Below, piece by piece: positions 28,499 to 31,455 of a stretch of 31,455 nt of DNA (its first letter is position 1; each line of letters opens with the position of its first letter). The translations under genes and the position numbers were made by a program. The stretch spans positions 1-31,455 of the forward strand of contig CBDFFH010000028.1 in assembly GCA_965246715.1 (NCBI GenBank), read 5' to 3'. This stretch comes from Chamaesiphon sp. GTDB lineage: Bacteria; Cyanobacteriota; Cyanobacteriia; Cyanobacteriales; Chamaesiphonaceae. Under the pieces are notes generated by a model, which made no database searches, was not told where the DNA came from, and was given only the letters and a program-made list of their open reading frames with translations.

Positions 28499-29197
28499 TT
28501 ACCCGAGAAATTGGGATGGATCGGAGCGTTCGGTGAGTTGTGCTGCTGTTTCGCTCGGTGGGTGGGGTGTTTCGAGGCGGTCTTCGCCTTCATCTGGGTT
28601 GAGGCTTTCTTTGAGGGCGACTAATAACGCTTGTGGATCGATCGGTTGTTGCATTTGCTCGGCTTCGATATCCTGACGATTGCGGACGTTGGGTAAGTCG
28701 GTGCGGAGTTCTTCTACGAGGGCGATGAGTTTGACGATCTTTTGTTCGGTGAGAAGATCGAGTTGGAGCATCAGGTGGGAGCGTTCTTCGGCGAGTTGTT
28801 CTTGACGGCTCTGGTGGACGAGGATGCCTGTGGTGATGAGGAGGGATGCTACACTCAAGCCATCCGATCGCAGACTGAATTTTGGGAAGTTTTTGGGCAG
28901 GATGCCCAGGCTAGATAAATGGCTACACAGCCACCAAGTAGTAAAGAAAATGAGTTGTCCGTAGAGAAATCGAGGATGGCCGAAGCCTGCGGCGAAGCGT
29001 TCGATCGCTCGGTGATGGACGGGAATATTTTTGCCGTGCTCGGTTTCGAGTTGGATGATGGTTTCGATGTTTTGCCGCACTGGTTCGGGTAATGATTCTA
29101 CATCGCGATCGGTATTTTCATTGGTATATGCTGCGCTGGTGGGGGTGGCGCGTTGGATTTCCAATAGTTTTTCCGGTTCGCGATCGATTTTCATCAT
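28499..29197 (-). CDS. DUF1003-like membrane protein, paralog 1
   Basis: Same architecture and near-identical C-terminal half to 27759-28412. Confidence 0.8.
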   Translation of the reverse strand: MMKIDREPEKLLEIQRATPTSAAYTNENTDRDVESLPEPVRQNIETIIQLETEHGKNIPVHHRAIERFAAGFGHPRFLYGQLIFFTTWWLCSHLSSLGILPKNFPKFSLRSDGLSVASLLITTGILVHQSRQEQLAEERSHLMLQLDLLTEQKIVKLIALVEELRTDLPNVRNRQDIEAEQMQQPIDPQALLVALKESLNPDEGEDRLETPHPPSETAAQLTERSDPSQFLG

Positions 29198-29301
29198 TTT
29201 TCTTGCTCTGGTTCGAGACGATCTGTTCGGACTAGTGCTTTCAGGTAGATTGCTGGTGGAGATATCGGATTGGTGCTTTCAGGTGGGTTGCTGGTGGGTA
29301 G

Positions 29302-29383
29302 AACCCGGATCTGGGGGAGGCTTCCCCCAGACCCCCCGTTGAAGGGCGGGGTGCCGCCCCTCAAACTCCCCTGCACAAGGGTT
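29302..29383. repeat. GC-rich double-hairpin repeat
   Basis: TCTGGGGGA-GGCT-TCCCCCAGA (29310-29331) and TTGAAGGGCGG-GGTG-CCGCCCCTCAA (29339-29364), bracketed by AACCC/GGGTT. Confidence 0.65.
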
Positions 29384-29460
29384 TGTTTGTGGGTAGCGTA
29401 GAGCGCTTCGCATTGGTGCGTTCTGTTGGTTGTGGATTAGGGTTGCAGCTATCGCTGCGG

Positions 29461-29520
29461 CCTAATTAGATCGCTACAATAGCGGAAAGACGTTCCAGAG
29501 GAACGTCTCTACTAATTAGG
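29461..29520. repeat. GTAG-type REP palindrome within CCTAATTAG/CTAATTAGG inverted flanks
   Basis: AGACGTTCC-AGA-GGAACGTCT-CTAC (29488-29512). Confidence 0.65.
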
Positions 29521-29541
29521 GATAGCAAGATTCTTGTTCTC

Positions 29542-29593
29542 CCTATTACCTATTACCTAGTCACTGTTTACTGTTCACTGTTCACTGTTCACT
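29542..29593. repeat. Heptamer tandem repeats (CCTATTA x2, TCACTGT-type x4-5)
   Basis: Directly visible just after the response regulator stop. Confidence 0.8.
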
Positions 29594-29598
29594 AATCC

Positions 29599-30315
29599 CT
29601 ACCCAATCAATCCCGATCGCAAGGCTCTGACGGCTGCTTCGGTACGGTCGTCGGCGCAGAGCTTACCGAGAATGTTTCTGACGTGGGTTTTGACTGTGCC
29701 GGCGGTAATGAATAATTTTTCAGCGATCGCGACGTTGGTACAACCGCCGACCATTAGTTCTAGGACTTCGAGTTCCCGTTCGGTTAAGGGGTAAGTCGCC
29801 AAAATATCTTGATATTCGGATTCGACGGCTTTGATTTCGATCGTGCGTTGACCTTCACTTTTAGAGATCGGCATCCCGCGTCGCATTTGGCGGAGGACGA
29901 TATTGGCGATCGCCGGATCGATCCAGGGATGGCCGCTGTGGGTTACGCCGACGGCTTCGACGAGTCGATCCATACTGGCATCTTTCATACAATATGAGTC
30001 GGCACCAGCGGCAAATGCTGCTAAGACGGCTTCTTCGCTACCTTGCATCGTGAGGACGATCGTTTTAGTCTGGATCTCTTCATGTTCTGCTTGGTATTCT
30101 CGAAATTGACGGATCATTTCGATCCCGTCCATTCCTGGCAAGCCGATATCGACGATCGCCACATCAGGTGGTGTAGCTTGCAACAATTTCAAGCCTTGGT
30201 TGCCATTTGCAGCTTCGCCAAGCACCTTAATTCCGGGATGGCTTTGCAAGACGGCACGCAAGCCGATTCGCACGACATCATGATCTTCTACTAGTACAAC
30301 AGTAATATCGCTCAT
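29599..30315 (-). CDS. NarL/LuxR-family DNA-binding response regulator
   Basis: REC domain (VEDH, VDIGLPGMDG, YCMK) plus LuxR HTH LTERELEVL...GTVKTHVRNILGKL. Confidence 0.95.
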   Translation of the reverse strand: MSDITVVLVEDHDVVRIGLRAVLQSHPGIKVLGEAANGNQGLKLLQATPPDVAIVDIGLPGMDGIEMIRQFREYQAEHEEIQTKTIVLTMQGSEEAVLAAFAAGADSYCMKDASMDRLVEAVGVTHSGHPWIDPAIANIVLRQMRRGMPISKSEGQRTIEIKAVESEYQDILATYPLTERELEVLELMVGGCTNVAIAEKLFITAGTVKTHVRNILGKLCADDRTEAAVRALRSGLIG

Positions 30316-30336
30316 TTATTTAAGGTCATATCTTTA

Positions 30337-30442
30337 TACCTTTGAAGGTAGTTAATTCCTGGAATTATTGCTAGTATGCGATCGAAATTCTCTAAATAAA
30401 ATCTACCTTGTGGGGGATGTCAATTTCTCCCTGGGAATAGAT
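30337..30442. promoter_or_regulatory. Candidate operator sites between the divergent regulator and sensor genes
   Basis: Palindrome TACCTT-TG-AAGGTA (30337-30350); ATCTACC-TTGT-GGGGGAT (30401-30418); TTCTCCC-TGGG-AATAGAT (30425-30442). Confidence 0.45.
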
Positions 30443-30726
30443 GCTCGATCTATTAGGAGTAGCCTCACGGTTATTAAAATTTGACAGGGTGGTGAGTTGG
30501 GTAGAGGGCAAAGGTGATGAAGGCATTAGATGACCCTAAACTGTTTGGTCTTTACCTGTTTTTTTAGCCGCGATCCCCCAGTGGCGATCGCGAATTACGG
30601 TTGGTGGGGACAACCAGATTGCATTCAGGCTAAAAAAGGTTTAACACTAGTAAATTAGGCACACACGGCGGGAAAGCTATAAAGTGACTACCTTCGATCG
30701 AGACGATTTAAGCTCAGGAGCGGACA

Positions 30727-31455
30727 ATGACGGAGTTTATCACCAACCTAATGATGTCCGATTCATTTATTCCACATGGGCATTGCTATTTGTGGAACAC
30801 TCAATTGGTTGGGTTGCATCTAGTGTCCGATCTGACGATCGCGATCGCCTACTTCTCGATTCCGCTGACGCTGTTTTATTTCGTCGAGCAGCGCGAGGAT
30901 TTGCCATTTAACTGGATTTTTACGCTGTTTGGGGCGTTTATTATCTTGTGTGGTACCACGCACTTACTGGAAGTATGGACGCTGTGGCATCCGATGTATT
31001 GGCTCTCAGGTGCGGTGAAGGCGATAACGGCGATCGTGTCGGCATATACGGCGATCGTGTTAGTGCGATTGCTGCCGCAAGCACTCAAGCTGCCGAGTCC
31101 GGCGCAGCTAGAGGCCGCCAATCAAGAACTCCAACAGCAGATTCGCGATCGCGAGTTGGCCGAAGCGCAAATCCAGCAACTTAACGAGGAGCTAGAAGCT
31201 AGAGTAGCGGCGCGGACGCAAGAGCTGGCAGCTTCGACGCTCCAAGCTGGTGACTTGTCCGAAAGATTGTCACTCGCGATCGAGGCTGCGGGGTTGGGGA
31301 TTTGCGACTGGAATATCATCACCAAAACCATCACCTGGAATCGTTATCACGAACTATTGCTCGATTATCAACCGGGGACGCTCGCTGAATATACTTATGA
31401 AGATTGGGAACGCCGCGTGCATCCTGACGACCTCGCGAGAGTGCTGGCTGCGATC
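30727..31455 (+). CDS. Sensor protein with ETR1-like ethylene-binding domain, coiled coil and PAS (probable histidine kinase; truncated by window end)
   Basis: Manual translation, 243 open codons after AGGAG RBS: MTEFITNLMMSDSFIPHGHCYLW...SDLTIAIAYFSIPLTL...LFGAFIILCGTTHLLEVWTLW...VKAITAIVS...ALKLPSPAQLE...LSLAIEAAGLGICDWNI...WERRVHPDD. Confidence 0.9.
   Translation, partial: MTEFITNLMMSDSFIPHGHCYLWNTQLVGLHLVSDLTIAIAYFSIPLTLFYFVEQREDLPFNWIFTLFGAFIILCGTTHLLEVWTLWHPMYWLSGAVKAITAIVSAYTAIVLVRLLPQALKLPSPAQLEAANQELQQQIRDRELAEAQIQQLNEELEARVAARTQELAASTLQAGDLSERLSLAIEAAGLGICDWNIITKTITWNRYHELLLDYQPGTLAEYTYEDWERRVHPDDLARVLAAI

Noticed and set aside
29031..29376. ORFs 29031-29342 and 29194-29376
   Set aside because: Antisense to the DUF1003 gene or derived from the GC-rich hairpin repeat
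30684..31334. Short track ORFs 30684-30911, 30876-31121, 30948-31184, 31122-31334
   Set aside because: Alternative-frame shadows of the real sensor gene starting at 30727

Overview
Cyanobacterial chromosomal window, judged from dense HIP1 GCGATCGC/CGATCG, psaL, heptamer STRR repeats and cyanobacterial-type rpsB-tsf, recG and mfd. Chamaesiphon-like origin is an inference. It is mostly housekeeping or metabolic genes: alpha-amylase, a MerA/Lpd-like flavoprotein disulfide reductase, peptide ABC permease, DHH and PHP phosphoesterases, ubiD, recG, tsf, rpsB and mfd. Accessory patches interrupt these. The most notable items are: (1) a Russian-doll mobile-DNA stack at 4.9-6.2 kb, where a deleted IS4-type transposase is hit by a MITE (TSD TATCTA), that MITE is hit by a sister MITE (TSD TAATTA) and by several 27-51 bp hairpin micro-elements, and stems show compensatory changes; (2) a second IS4 remnant next to the rpsB promoter, sharing its terminal repeat with a 123-bp MITE and interrupted by a 29-bp hairpin insert; (3) a stand-alone, divergent, Pro-rich-loop psaL; (4) an ETR1-like ethylene-binding-domain sensor, absent from the ORF track because it runs off the window end, divergent from a NarL-type regulator and two tandem DUF1003-like paralogs; (5) a candidate shared operator ATCTnCC-N4-GGnAGAT found in pairs upstream of the amylase, psaL and the regulator. 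No CRISPR array, rRNA or tRNA was seen.
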